The notes under the pieces: model-generated | Told to the model about the DNA's origin: nothing | Databases searched by the model: none | The model's input: only the letters and a program-made list of their open reading frames with translations | NCBI GenBank assembly: GCA_951406725.2 | Contig: OX597818.1 | Coordinates: forward strand, 83,576,001-83,640,000 | DNA length: 64,000 nt | From: Octopus vulgaris | Lineage: Eukaryota | Direction: 5' to 3' | Shown here: one piece after another, positions 39,651-53,495 of the stretch | Layout: each line of letters begins with the position of its first letter | How positions within the stretch are numbered: the first letter of the stretch is position 1 | Program-made: the position numbers and the translations under genes

Positions 39651-39719
39651 AAGTTTCTGTCTGTCAAACAGCCTTCTGTAGATTATTCTCTACTCCCCTC
39701 CATATAATTCCTCTCTAAT

Positions 39720-40380
39720 TTCTATCTTTAATGTCTCCCCCTCGCGCCTTCCCACTCCCTAACTCCCCCTCCGTCCTTCACCCTCTCTCTCCATCTCTCT
39801 ATATAATATATATATATCTTTTCTCCGTCTATACCAGTCTCTCTCATAAATTTTCTCTCAGTATAAACGTTTCTCTCTCTCCTACTTTCCACTCGCCTCT
39901 CTCCTCTCTCTCTCTCTTTCTATTTATTTATCTGCATATCGCTTCTCTAATTCTCTCCTACAACTCTCTTTCTCTAACCCCTCTCTCTCTCTCTTTCTTA
40001 CCCTCTCACTCTAACCACCCGTCTCTCTTTCCTACCTCCTCTGTCTCTCTTTCTTATCCCCTCTCTCCCCCCTCTAGTTATCTCCCTCTCACCCTTTCTC
40101 TGTCTGTTCATCTCATCCCACTGCCCACTCTCCTCCACATTCTCTCTCTCTCTCGCTAAGTCTCTCTCCTCCTCCTCTATCCATCTTTCTCTCACTCTCC
40201 CTCCTTTCTACCCCCCTTTCTCCTTCACTCGCTCGGTTTCTCTCGCCGCCTCTCTCTATTTATCCTTGTATCATTTCTCCGTCTGTCTATGCTACTCTCT
40301 TTCTTATATACTTGCTCTCTAAGCCTGTCTCTTGCACTTTCTTTCTTGCACCCCTACCACACTCACCATCGCTCACTTCA
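39720..40380. repeat. Long imperfect polypyrimidine (CT-rich) tract
   Basis: Directly visible strand asymmetry. Confidence 0.85.
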
Positions 40381-40569
40381 TCTCTGCATGACTGATGCAC
40401 TGCAAAATGCAAATGCAGTAATATAATAGTGCAGTCAATATAGCATGGAAATATCTGCCTATTCAATCAAGCGTGACACATCGAAAAGGGATGGTCTGCG
40501 AAGCAAAGAGTTTAATAAGTATGTCTGTGCGGTGGCGGTGTTGATAGAGGAGTTTGATAGTACTGTTGC

Positions 40570-41099
40570 CAGCGGTGGAGGTAACTGTGGTGGGGGTAGT
40601 GGAGTGGTGGTGGTGGAGGTGGCGGTTGTCGTAATGGTCGTGCTGGGGGTGCTGGTGGTGGTGGTTGTGGTCGTTGTTGTAGTGGTAGAGTTTGTGTATG
40701 TAACGGTGGTATTGGTGGTGGTTTTGGTGGTAATTGCGGTAGTAGTGGTTATACTTTTTATCTCGATGGTCTAGGTCGTGGTTGCAGTAGTGGTGTTTGT
40801 GGTGCTTGCACTGGTTGTGGCTTTTTTGTGTGTAGTTGGTGGCGTTGTTGTTGGTGAAAGATGTGGTAATTGTGGTGTTGGTAGTCTTGGTGGTGATGAT
40901 GGAGATGATGTTGGTTGTGGTAGTGGTGTTTGTGGCCGTGGTGATGATTGTGGTCGTTACTGTAGTGGTAGTCTTAGTGGTGGTGCTGCTGGTGGTAGTA
41001 GTGGCAGTGAAAGCAGCAACAACTGTAGTTATAGTGATAGTAACAGCAGCAATAGTAGTAGCAGCAGCAGCAATAGCAGTTATAGTAGTAGTAGTAGTT

Positions 41100-41137
<38 letters not shown>

Positions 41138-41369
41138 TTTAGTAGTAGTAGTAGCCGCTTGCACAAATGGAGTGAATATGCGCTGTGGTGGCTGTTGAAA
41201 ATGGAGAATGTGTTGGTGGTAGGGTTAGTAGTGGTAGTAGTGGTAATAGTAATAATAGTAATAGTGGTACTAAATTTAGCTGTTGTTGTTGTAGTACCTG
41301 TGGTCGAAGTAGTTATAGTAGTAGTATATTATTACTTAAGTAGCAGTTACTGTTGTAGTAGATGCAGCT

Positions 41370-41432
<63 letters not shown>

Positions 41433-41620
41433 TTTGGAGTAACAGGTGTAATAAATGAAGTTGTAGTATCAGTAACAGTTGTGGTGGTCGCCGTTGTAGT
41501 GGAAGATGTATTACTACTTGCTGATATTGTTCTTGTGGCGGTAATAGTTGTATTACTAGCTGATGTTGTTATTGTTGGTGCGGTGGAAGTAGGAGAGGTG
41601 GTGTTACTGTAGATATTGTA
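40570..41620. repeat. Degenerate (GGT/TGT/AGT/AGC)n trinucleotide low-complexity region
   Basis: Pure (TAG)n at ~41085-41152 and 41370-41432. Confidence 0.9.
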
Positions 41621-42109
41621 GTTCTGTTCAGAGTTGAGTGGAAAGGAAGCGCAGGGTCAGTTTGATTTGTTGGTAGTGATACTGAGGAAATTTTTTTGGC
41701 AATGACAAACCTGGCAAAACTGTAGTGTTGGCTGTTATCGTGTTTTAGGTTATGGTAGTAGATGTGGAATATCATGGGCCCGTGGACAGGGTGTCCAGCG
41801 GGTTCAAGCACATCACGTAAACTTATTTGTGGGGCGTAAAATATAAATTTGCACGCCTGCTTATTTTTCACATGTCGAGAAAACAGAGCGTAAAACGTGC
41901 TCTGTAAAAAGTAGCTTGACGTTAGGTTTCTTCTGAGAGAGCAAAGAGTTAATAAAGTAAAAAAGAATAGAAAAGCTTGTTTGTAAAAAAAATCTTGACT
42001 TTGGGTTTGCATCCTCTAAGCAAATATCGTTCCCTAACCAGTGGTGGTAAGAGCCGAATATCAAAACGGAAGGGTGGAAAATAGTTCTGTCTACTCAGCT
42101 TCTGTATAA

Positions 42110-42447
42110 GGCCATCATGGCTCAGTGGTTAGAGCGTCGGGCTCACAATCACGAAACAGAGAGTTCGATTCTCGGACTGGGTTGTGTGTTGTGTTATTGA
42201 CCAAAACGCTTTATTTTCCATCCTTCCAGTTCACTCAGCTGTAGAAATGGATGGCAACATAAATGATGCCAAAATGTATCGGCTTTTGCCTTTCCCTTGG
42301 ATAACATTATTGACGTGGACAGGGAAGTCTAGTATGCATGGATGACTGCTGGTCTACCATAAGCTATCTTGGCTTGAATAGTGCCTCGGAGGGTAACTTT
42401 CTAGGTGCAATCCAATGGTCATTTATGACCGAAGGGGATCTTTACCT
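42110..42447 (+). mobile_element. tRNA-derived SINE, family C
   Basis: A-box TGGCTCAGTGG, B-box GAGTTCGATTC, followed by a tgtgttgtgtt..ccagttcactcagctgtagaaatg body. Confidence 0.75.
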
Positions 42448-42459
42448 GTTAAACATATA

Positions 42460-42599
42460 CGCGACTTATTCTCTGTAAACCTAATACTTATTTCATCGTA
42501 CTTTTTTGCCAAACCGCTAAGGTACGGGGACGTAAACATCCCAACGTTAGTTGCGAAACAATGATGGTGGGGAAAACATAGACACAAAGACACACACAC

Positions 42600-42648
<49 letters not shown>

Positions 42649-42705
42649 CATACACACACACACACACACACACATATATACATACATATATATACATACA
42701 CACAC

Positions 42706-42778
<73 letters not shown>

Positions 42779-42781
42779 CAT

Positions 42782-42853
<72 letters not shown>

Positions 42854-42903
42854 TTATATACAACGGGCTTCTTTTAGTTTCCGTCTACCAAATACACGCA
42901 AAA
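42460..42903 (-). mobile_element. SINE family A middle part with expanded (CA)/(TA) microsatellite
   Basis: accgctaag..ggggacgtaaaca..cgggcttctt..tttccgtctaccaaat. Confidence 0.75.
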
Positions 42904-43756
42904 GGCTAACGTTTCTGCCAGCTTACCATTTTAATGATAATAATACTTTCTACTATAGGCACAATGCCTGAAACTCGTTCGGGAAGGGACAGGTCGATCA
43001 CATTGGTCTCAGTCTTTCACTGGCACTTAATTTATTAATCCCGAAAGGATGAAAGGCATAGTAAACCTCGGCGGAATGTGAACTCAACACGTAGCGCAGA
43101 CGAAATACCTATTTCTTTATTACCCACAAGGGTCTAAACACAGAACGGACAAACAAGGACAGGCAAACGGATTAAGTCGATTACATCGACCCCTGTGCGT
43201 AACAGGTACTTAATTTATCGACCTCGAAATGATGAAAGGCAAAGTCAACCTCGGCGGAATTTGAACCCAGAACGTAACGGCAGACGAAATACCGCTAAGC
43301 ATTTCGCCCAGTGTGCTAAAGTTTCTGCCAGCTCGTCGATTTTTGAAAAATTTTATATTCTTTTCTAACCTAGGCACAAGCCCCGAAATTATGGGGAGTG
43401 TGCCAATTGATTAGATCGACCCCAGTATGCAAGTGGTACTTAATATACCGACCCCGAAAGGGTGAATGGCAAAGTCGACCTCGGCAGAATTTGAACTCAG
43501 AACGTAAAGACAGACGAAATAGCTATTTCTTTACTACCCACAAGGGGCTAAACACAGAGAGGAAAAACAAGGACAGACCCACGGATTAAGCCGATTATAT
43601 TGACCCCAGTGCGTAACTGGTACTTATTTGATCGACCCCGAAAAGATGAAAGGCAAAGTCGACCTCGGCGGAATTTGAACTCAGAACGTAGCGGCAGACG
43701 AAATACCGCTAAGCATTTCGTCCAGCGTTCTAACATTTCTGGCAGCTCGCCGCCTT
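42904..43756 (-). mobile_element. Head-to-tail array of SINE family B (two dimers plus an extra head)
   Basis: Four B-box bodies at ~43075, 43258, 43490 and 43672; heads at ~42910-30, 43315-36 and 43730-56. Confidence 0.9.
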
Positions 43757-43834
43757 TTGCAACCTTCATGTTACAACGTATATGCTTTATATTAGCAACA
43801 TGACATTAGATGATGTAGATCAAATATTCGTCTA

Positions 43835-44045
43835 TTCTTTTACTTGTTTCCGTCATTTGATTACCACCATGCTGGAGCACCGCACTCATGGATTTCAGTC
43901 GAACAAATTCGCTTCAGGACTTATTTTTTAAGCCCAGTACTTATTCTCTCGCCCTCTTTTGCTGAACCGCTAAGTTATTGTGTCGCAAAACCGGTTGTCA
44001 AGCGGTGATGAGGAGACAAGTATACACACACACACACACACATAC

Positions 44046-44083
<38 letters not shown>

Positions 44084-44272
44084 TGTACATTTAAACACAT
44101 AAGAGAGTGTCATAACAGGACATCTGACTCGCTAGAAAAAGCAATTAAACTCCGAACCATTATTAGGTGTAATTTCGAAAGGAAATGAAAAATAAAAAAC
44201 ATTTACACACTATTTCCCGTACCATGGTTCCAAGTAATCTTTAGTAAATAAAATAATTTACGTTGGCGACTA

Positions 44273-44306
<34 letters not shown>

Positions 44307-44443
44307 CGGGCTTCTTTCAATTTCCGCCTACCAAATCCACTCACAAGGCTTTAATAGAAGACACTTGCCCTAGGAGCGGTACATTGAGATTGAACCCGGA
44401 ATCCTGTGGTTGGGAAGCACGCTTCTTACCATACAACCACGCT
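43835..44443 (-). mobile_element. SINE family A, split (43835-44030 and 44305-44443)
   Basis: Tail catgctggagcaccgc and head gaacccgg..cttcttaccatacaaccacgc are separated by (TA)n and other sequence. Confidence 0.7.
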
Positions 44444-45049
44444 TGAACAATTTTTCGAAAGGTGGCTCATCATTAGACAGAGCCCATTACCGAAAAATTC
44501 AAAGTATTTTTCGTTTGGTCTGCCATTCAGTTAGATCCGTGATCCATATTTTCTCCCATGATTAACCTAGATTTAAATATTCCGAAGCAGACTTGACTAG
44601 CAGACTTCTAGCTTTGCTCCAGCAGGGTTTACCAGGTTCTAGCAATACTAAAACTCCAAAAAACAATGTAAAGATCTTGAAACAATGTAAAGATCAGAAA
44701 TAGCAACTAAATGTCCCTCAAAAGCATATTTTAATTAAATGACATATTGTATAATAATTATAATTGCGTCTGAGAAAAATTTATACCTAGAAAATGAAAA
44801 ATACAGGATGATTATCTATGGAATTCCTTTGATTATTTTTTTTTCAGTACGAGTTAGCAAGGGATTAAAACAAAACGCAATAATACCAAAAAAAAAACAC
44901 CCTCATCACGTTTTAGAATTTGGCACAATGCCAGCAATTTTAAAGGAGAGGCTACCCACTGCCAAAACTCTCGGTGTTCAATTGGCACACATTTTCTCGA
45001 CCACGAAAATCCCTGTTAACGATCCTACTAGTTCGCCGTCTTAATAAGG

Positions 45050-45380
45050 ATTTCAAATTTTGGCACAAGACCAGCAATTTTAGGAGAAGATCAAGCCGAT
45101 CACATCAACCCCAGTGTTCAACTGATACATATTTTGTCAACTCCAAATATGTGTAAAATCAAAGTCTAGAGAATTTGAACCTAGAATGCAATGAATTGCA
45201 AGAAATGCCGCTAAGCCTTTTATTCGACTCGCTGACATTTCTGTTAGCTTGCTGCATTAATAACGATTTCAATCTTTGGCACAACTCCAAACATTTTAAA
45301 TAGAGGATCTTGGTCGATGACATCGACCCCGATCATCATCTGGGACTTATTTTATCGACGCGAAAGCATGAGAGGCAAAG
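45050..45380 (-). mobile_element. Two diverged tandem SINE family B copies
   Basis: ttggcacaa..cgatcacatcaacccc..gaatttgaac; repeated at 45275-45380. Confidence 0.65.
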
Positions 45381-45619
45381 TAACCAATTATACTAAATCG
45401 TCAACAATGTAACCATCACTAATAATAGTATAATAGTTTACCACTATCACCTAAACATCTATTAGGTAAGCAAGCTAGCCACAACACTACCAATACCAAT
45501 AACAACACCATCACCAACAGTCACGTTCTATGACGACAGAACTCACCAATGAGATTGCATGCAGGGGATCGCTGAATGTGTTAGAAATACCAGTCAAATA
45601 CCCACAAAACCACACCTTA

Positions 45620-45772
45620 CAAGGGGTGCTGAAACGTTCCTAGATTGCGTAAAATATAGAAAATATAGACGGATCTGTTAATTAGGATTTTACTCAAAAT
45701 ATCCTCCCCTCAGAGTCCTTCAGTTTTCTAAACCTCGCTAAAGTGCTCGGAAGATTGGGCTTCCAACTAGGT
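45620..45772 (+). mobile_element. Mariner-derived MITE, truncated
   Basis: caaggggtgctgaaacgttcc TIR, colinear with the adjacent copy. Confidence 0.7.
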
Positions 45773-45923
45773 AAACACACATATATAAATACATACGTAA
45801 ATACGCACACACATACATAAATAGATACATACGTACATAGATACATACATACATACATACATACATACATACATACATACATACATACATACATACATAC
45901 ATACATACATACATACATACATA

Positions 45924-46139
45924 CAAGGAGGTGCTGAAAAGTTCCTGGCTTTGAGTAAAAGAAAATACTGGAGGATCAGTTAATTTCATTTTATTCAACA
46001 TATCCCCCTATCAGATTCACACATTTATTGCAGCTGTCCTCCAGCTTTTCTAACCCCTCTAAAAGAACTCGGAAGGTTGGGCCTCCAACTAGGCATTTTG
46101 CGACACCCTTCAATCCAGGAACTTTACAGCTCCCTATCG
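45924..46139 (+). mobile_element. Mariner-derived MITE, best-preserved copy
   Basis: TA-caaggaggtgctgaaaagttcctgg ... ccaggaactttacagctccctatcg-TA. Confidence 0.8.
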
Positions 46140-46484
46140 TAATGTTTATGCATTAAAACATGCAGAATACACAAAATAATCTAGTTTTAGATATACCGTA
46201 GTTTGAATAAATTACAAGTAGGAATGGCCACGGCTAGAAAGCCTTTGCTCATAGTTCGGCTCAATTATTGTTGATCTGGGTCTCTATTATCTCTATTACT
46301 ACAGGAAGTCGACAACGTACCCCGTCACCTCTTCAACAACCACCAAACCAGCGCCATTTCCTCTAGTCAAGGTGTAATTTTAACCACATTCCTCGAAATA
46401 AATGCAATTTCAAACTGAATTTAAGTCGGTTCTTTTGAAAAAATTTTCCCATTTTTCAAGATGAAGGGAATGACAGAGGGAGGT

Positions 46485-47640
46485 GGATGTTGTTGCTGTT
46501 GTTATTGTTTTTGTTGATGTTGTTGTTGAGGTGATGTTGTTGATTTTGTGATGGTAATAGACGGTGTTGTAGAGCTGTAGTAGTGGATGTGGGGGGCGAT
46601 GGTAATGATGGTAGTGGTGATGGTGGTGGTGAGGGTGGCGGCTGGTGGTGGTGATGGTAGTGGTTATGGTAGTGGTGCTGGTGGTGGTGGTGATGGTAGT
46701 GGTTATGGTGGCGGTGGTGATGGTAGTGGTTATGGTTGTTATGGTGGTGGTGGTGGTGGTGGTGTAAATGGAGGCAATGCTAACAACAGAGAAAGTTTTG
46801 TGTTGTGGTAGTGAGGTTGGTGGAAGTGGTGGTGGTGAGAGTGATGGAAGAGGCGGTGGTGTTGGTTGCGACGGGCTATGGTGGTTGCCGCGATGGTAGT
46901 GATCGTAACGGTGGTTGTACTGATAGTGTTGGAAGTGATAGTGATGGAAGATGTGGTTGAGGTGGTGGCAGTCATGGTAGAGATGGTAGCGGTGATGGTG
47001 GTAGTGTGGGATATAGTTGTGGTGGTCGACGTGATGGTAGTAGTAGATGTGAAGTAGGTGGAGGTGCTAGCTGCTATAATTGGGTAGGGGTAATTTGGAG
47101 GTAATCGATTACATACGCTTGGCGGCGACGACCGTGATGGTAGTGGTGGTCGTGCTGGGAGAGACGATGATGGTTAAAGCTGTTTGTAGTAGCAGTGGGA
47201 AAGGTGGTATTGCAGTAGTGGTGATGGCAGATGTTAATGGTGGGTGTGGGTGTGGTAATATTACAGAAGTAGTAGTAGTAGTAGTAGTAGTAATAGTAGC
47301 AGTAGCAGCATTGGTACTGAAGATGATTGTGGTGATGGTGGTAGTAGCGATAGTGGTGATGGTAGTAGTAGCGATAGTGGTGATGGTGGTAGTGTAGTGA
47401 TGATGGTGCTGGTGATGGTGCTAGTGGTGATAGTGGTGGTGGTGTTGCCAGTAGGGATGGTGGTGGTGGTGATGGTAATGGTGATGATGGTGGTGATGGT
47501 AGTGGTGATAGTGGTAATGGTGGTAGTGCTGGGGGTGATTGTGGTGATGATGGTGGTAGTGATGGTGGTGGTAATGTAGTGGCTCTGTGGTCGGGGTGAT
47601 TGCGTAGTATCTGACGGTGTGCCGCTGGTGGTTTCACATA
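46485..47640. repeat. Degenerate (GGT/GAT/AGT)n low-complexity region
   Basis: Directly visible. Confidence 0.9.
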
Positions 47641-48255
47641 GTGGGCGGTTAGGTGGTAGTAATGCGTTGTTGATGGCGGAGGAGGTGGCTACAGGGTAGG
47701 GAGAGTGACACAGTGATATAGATTTGGGTGGCATTTTAATTAGGGAGAAATAGGATAGGGTGGAGGCTGGGAGAAGTTGCAGAATAGAAAAGATATTTCT
47801 GTCTAAACTGAATCCCTGTTAATGGCTTAAACGTTTTAAAATTCGTCATGGTCGTAGTATGTGGATGGTAGGAGGTGTTCCGATAGAACGGGGTGAGGTG
47901 CGGGAAGAGATTAGCATAAAATTAAAAGCAACATAAAAATAATGAGATACACATCAACGCACACGCATGCACACATATGCCGTCGCATAATCATACACAT
48001 GCATGCCAAAATGCATGCATGAGTATGTGCATGTGCGTGTGCGCGAGTGTGTGTGTATGTGTGCGTGTTTGTGTATGTGTGTGTGTGTGTTTATGTGTAT
48101 TATGCGATTATAGACTGTACAATTCCAGAAAAATGACTGAAACACATTTGGAATGCTGTGTATGTAACGTGTTTAAGCGACAGTGTTGCTTATCAGGAAT
48201 ATACTATAGTTCATTTCATGTAAGTAAACCAGTATTAGTTCGACTGTTTATGTGA

Positions 48256-48305
<50 letters not shown>

Positions 48306-48379
48306 ACAGAATGGGATAAAAAAAAAACCAAAACGGTAAATAGATTTCATAACATTATTCAAGAAATGGTATATATATA

Positions 48380-48580
48380 TTACAGAGATGTACTTGCATA
48401 ACAAGTGACCTGATCTGAGATCGTGTGCTGGAACGAAAACAATTGCAGCGTGGAAGGTGTTTATAAGCCATTTAAGAAACACACAAATTCCGTCAGATTC
48501 AGTTCAACATTTAAATTTAATTTGTCAAAATATTTCCGTCGCTTTGAGACTGCGACCTCTTCACTGACAAAATTCCGTGC
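48380..48580 (-). mobile_element. (TA)n-embedded short element with a non-canonical hammerhead-like fold
   Basis: Minus 48571-48521: TTTGTCA-GTGAAGA-g-GTCGC..GCGAC-g-GAAATATTT-TGACAAA; 7-bp stem I and 5-bp stem II. Confidence 0.45.
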
Positions 48581-48606
48581 TATATATATATATATATATA
48601 TATATA

Positions 48607-49400
48607 GCTTCGTTTCATGTTCTTGTTTGATGGCTTTGCACTCATCGCAGGTTTATGGTCACGGAGATGTCATTGCGCGTAGAACTGGCCAGATACACTA
48701 GTGCTCTCCATCACTAGCGGTCCTGCACCGGCCCTTCTGCATCGCCCAAGATGGCGTCGAGCCTCTGGAGATCTTCTTTAATCACGTCCAGCCATCTTGT
48801 GTGGTTCCTACCACGGGTCCTCCACCAGTACGCAGCTGCTGCGTCGAATGACAGTAAAACCTGGGTAGGCTGATGTAGCGGGAGGTGAAGGACATGTCCG
48901 TACCAGGGCATGCGGTAGATAGTTGAGGCGGGAAGCTACGGGCTGATGGGTGCGCGTACACAGTTATTCGTTGGAAACGTGCTGGCGTCATTTGATATTC
49001 TCGATGGTTTTAAAGGTTCTGCTATCGAAGCCGTTGATTCTCTTTGCCGGGGTGTTTGGAAGGGACCACGTTCCTGCTTCATAGCGATGGACTCAGAGTA
49101 AAGATGCGTTGCTGATGCAGAGATTTGTTTCCTGGGAGATAGACCAGTGACGCTAAAGGAGCTTCCATAGAGACATCAGCAATACAGACCATATCTGTCT
49201 TTGGTCTCCAGGGTCAGGTGTCCGTTATTGGTGACTCTGGGTCCCGAGAAGATGAAAGAGCTAACAAACTCCTCGACGGCGAAGCTAATGTACGGAGCAG
49301 GAGAGACTGGGCCATCACCAACATTTATTAGTTTGGTCTTCGTGATCCCCAAGCTTGCTGATTCCTCTCGAACTTACTCGACCCTACTCACAGTATGTAA
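48607..49400 (-). mobile_element. RTE-clade LINE 3' fragment
   Basis: WYGHVLHLP..RTRGRNHTRWLDVIKEDL..QDR matches the RTE ORF C-terminus. Confidence 0.75.
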
Positions 49401-49420
49401 ATATACTGCTCCCTTGCCCA

Positions 49421-49955
49421 CAGTATATTTCAGACACAGTTTGTGTGTCGATAACCAGCTGGAAAAGATGTTTTCCTGGGGTTAAAAGGTAGTAACGTGG
49501 TTCTACACACAATTGCCACATTACGTTGGCAAATAGATTTTACTATGCAGTGCAATTACTAATTGTATCTCATTAAGAGATTTAAAATCAACTGCTTTAC
49601 TCATTACGAGACCAGTGACTGTCTGTCACTTCTATATTTATATACTGTAAGCTGCTATATCTGGCCGGCGTTTGTCCAGCACCGAGGACGGGAAATTACC
49701 CAGAAACCATTGGTCTGTTGGTACTGCTAGTGGCTAGTAGGGATGAGTACGCTCCCTTCTATATAGTATATTTGAAACAGATTGTGAGTCGATAACCAGC
49801 AGGAAAACATGTTTTCCCTGGATTAAAAATTAGTAACATGGCCCTACACAGAACTGCCAACTTACTTTGGCAAATATATTTTATTATGCAGTTTAGTAAC
49901 TATTTACTTCTCATTCAGAGATTTAAAACTAGCTGTTTTACTCATATAGATACCA
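49421..49955 (+). repeat. Diverged ~190-bp direct repeat (49421-49615 / 49765-49955)
   Basis: Shared gtcgataaccagc.ggaaaa.atgtttt..tagtaac..ttggcaaata..atgcagt..agagatttaaaa..tttactcat. Confidence 0.8.
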
Positions 49956-50322
49956 ACGCACCCAGTAGCCCTGATGGTAAATAACTATTTGCTCTTAACA
50001 TATTGAGCTTCTAGACTACTTGTCTGAGCCATGTTTTCTTTCTTGTTCCTTCTCCCTTTTGTTTATATTATATACTCTTGGTTTACACACTGATGAAGAT
50101 CCGTTGCCTTAATTCGAATACTCTACGAAGATGAAGAATTTTATTCCCGCATTTATGTATAGACAGCATTTGGGAATCTGATCAGTAAGAGCCGTAAGAT
50201 ATGTTACGTCACCTATTTTGTTACGTTACGCTTTGTATTAGAAAATAAAAATAAGCTATAAATGTGGTCCAACCGATGTGTTGGTTAATCTGTGGTTTGC
50301 TCCATTTTCTAATTGTTTGCGT

Positions 50323-50357
<35 letters not shown>

Positions 50358-50559
50358 GGCCGCAATCGAATGACGGAAACAAATATAAAGAATAAAATAC
50401 TGTATACATATATACAAATACACATGCATATACACATACAAATATATATATATATATATATGCATGTGTGTGTGTATGTATGTATGTATGTATGTATGTA
50501 TGTATGTATGTATGTATGTATGTATGCATGTATGTATGCATGCATGTAGGAAGGTATGT

Positions 50560-50960
50560 AGATGTATGTAGAATGAAGGATAGCAGGATCCCTAAAGATA
50601 TACTATATGAGGAACTTGTTAGTGAAAAGAGACCCCGGGAGAAACCAAGTTTGCGATTTAAGGATAGTGTCAAGTCCTCATTAAAGACCTGTGACATGCA
50701 GGAGACCGACTGCGAGAGCAATGCTTGTCATCGCCACAGATGGCAGAAGTAGGTTAAGGAAGGGTTGGACAACTTTGAGAGAGCATGTATTGTGCATGAA
50801 GAATGTAATCGTGCAGTTCAAAAGCGCACTGCTAGTGTAGTGAATAGGAAAATCTTGGTATGCAATATTTGCGGTCGTGTATGCTTGTCAAGAGCAGGGC
50901 TCATTAACCATCAGCGGAACAGCAAACTCAAAGTATATGTTCGTCCTAGAGCGCCCAATG
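50560..50960 (+). mobile_element. RTE-clade LINE 3' end with a C2H2-like finger
   Basis: RMKDSRIPKDILYEEL..RPREKPSLRFKDSVK..RHRW..VCNICGRVCLSRAGLINHQR. Confidence 0.8.
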
Positions 50961-52031
50961 TTCCTAAAATCAGCAATGGTCTTACCGGGTCACGAGTGGT
51001 TGGCGATCATGTACATATACATATACGAACCAGATTGTTCGTAGCAGAAAAGCATCATCCATGTTCTATGTTGCCTACGTGGCTGCTCGAGTGAATGAAA
51101 ACAAAGAATTTATTCTCAGACTGTAGATCTATTTTGAAAGGGGGCATCAAATTGAACTTTTCTATAAGCACCTAAATGCACGGTGGTCGTATTATAGGAA
51201 CACCTAGCGTTAGAAGTTTTTCGTCCTTGTAGTGTGAAATGAATTTTTTTATCCTAGAATGGGGAGATATTACAAAAGAGTCGGTCGAGTATCTGTGAAT
51301 TATATCAAGGAAATGATTATGACACAATACCGAGAATTGACTCATAAAAAAATAATGGTCTGATTCTTGCAAGCACTAGAATCCTCAGAATGGTTGTGAA
51401 TCGAGCGTAGAATCGGAGCCTTAGATATATATATGATATAGTATTAATTTGGTTTAGCGCATAGGGACAGTTATTGAGTGTCAATAGTTTCGGTTTGTTA
51501 CCTACACAAATCACAATTTCAATATATATTTACGGTCAATGCCCACCCCACTTTGTTTTTGCAGTCATATGGATGTAGGATCTAGGGACTGTGCACTGTA
51601 TTCAGCGGGAAAAAAATCATACTGGATTACGAAATTATTCGAGAGGAACCTGACATAGTCGGTGATAAATAATGGAGACGGATGGACCAAAAGAATATTT
51701 AAGATAAAATATATATGTATGAATATTTTAGGTAAGAATCTAGTAAGGATTTGTGAAGGAGGTTCGCAGACAAGCTGTCATACAATCAGATAGTAATATA
51801 AAAGGGAATTTGATGAAATACGAATGAGGTTACATGGATATATTCGTAAGAACGATCCTAAACTGCTCGTACGTTTTTTTGGTTTTGGTTTGTTTGTTTT
51901 CGCCTCCATTGATTGCGGAGATTTCTATCTCTGATATTATATTATACAATCAAGTTACGAAAAAAAAAGTAGTACCACACCCACTTTACGGTTGTATGGT
52001 TATAATTAGGAGAATGTGCAGTATCCATCCA

Positions 52032-52080
<49 letters not shown>

Positions 52081-52285
52081 ATATATTCATATGGAAATAA
52101 CCAAATTTGAAGAAAAATATCCAAGGTTTGTTAGTAAATTGGGAGAAAAAAGAAATACACAGACTTGTAACGCGTGCATAATCTCAAAGAGATATTTAAA
52201 GGGGTTTGCAGGGTCTTACACATTGGTATAGAAGCCAACGTAGGACGCACTTGATTGTACGCACACGTGTGCGCGCACAATATAC

Positions 52286-53030
<745 letters not shown>

Positions 53031-53495
53031 GTGTGTATAAATAAAAATATATTTTTTCACAGCGTTTGCATGCTCTATCATCTATATGTTACATTGAATA
53101 TTTGAATAGTTTACACTGTCTTTTTGGTTTGCACAAAAGATGAACGTTCCAATCAAGTTATGTCTTATTGTTCCATATTTTATTCTAAGCTAGCTGTTTT
53201 ATAATTTGTCACCAAAGTCTCCGAATGTATTTTCCTAGATCTTTGTAGTGTATCTGTTTCTCTGAGCAATCTATTCACATACGCACGCACGTAGACATAC
53301 ACACATAAACACACACACACACACAAGCAAATATGTGCGTTACGGTATAAACTAAACTCATTGTTGGAAATTTAAATATTTTTTCTATGTGGGAAGATAA
53401 CGGAATGATTAGGCCGACATTTTAATTCTAGTTATTATTTACTTTTTCCTATAGTGCTAACGGTTTTCTCAGTTCACCGCCTTGATATATATATA

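Noticed and set aside
40445-41458. Thr-rich, Val-rich and Gly/Ser/Cys-rich ORFs (mucin- or keratin-like appearance)
   Set aside because: Open in several frames on both strands because of degenerate trinucleotide repeats; no domain or splice evidence.
42110-42185. tRNA gene
   Set aside because: Has A/B boxes but no complete cloverleaf, and it continues into a SINE body; the same applies to 28462, 30370 and 54760-54835.
42904-43756. CRISPR-like repeat array
   Set aside because: The repeats are ~200-bp SINE units in eukaryotic DNA, with no unique spacers or cas genes.
46587-47734. Gly-rich and Pro-rich (extensin-like) ORFs
   Set aside because: Low-complexity (GGT)n artefacts.
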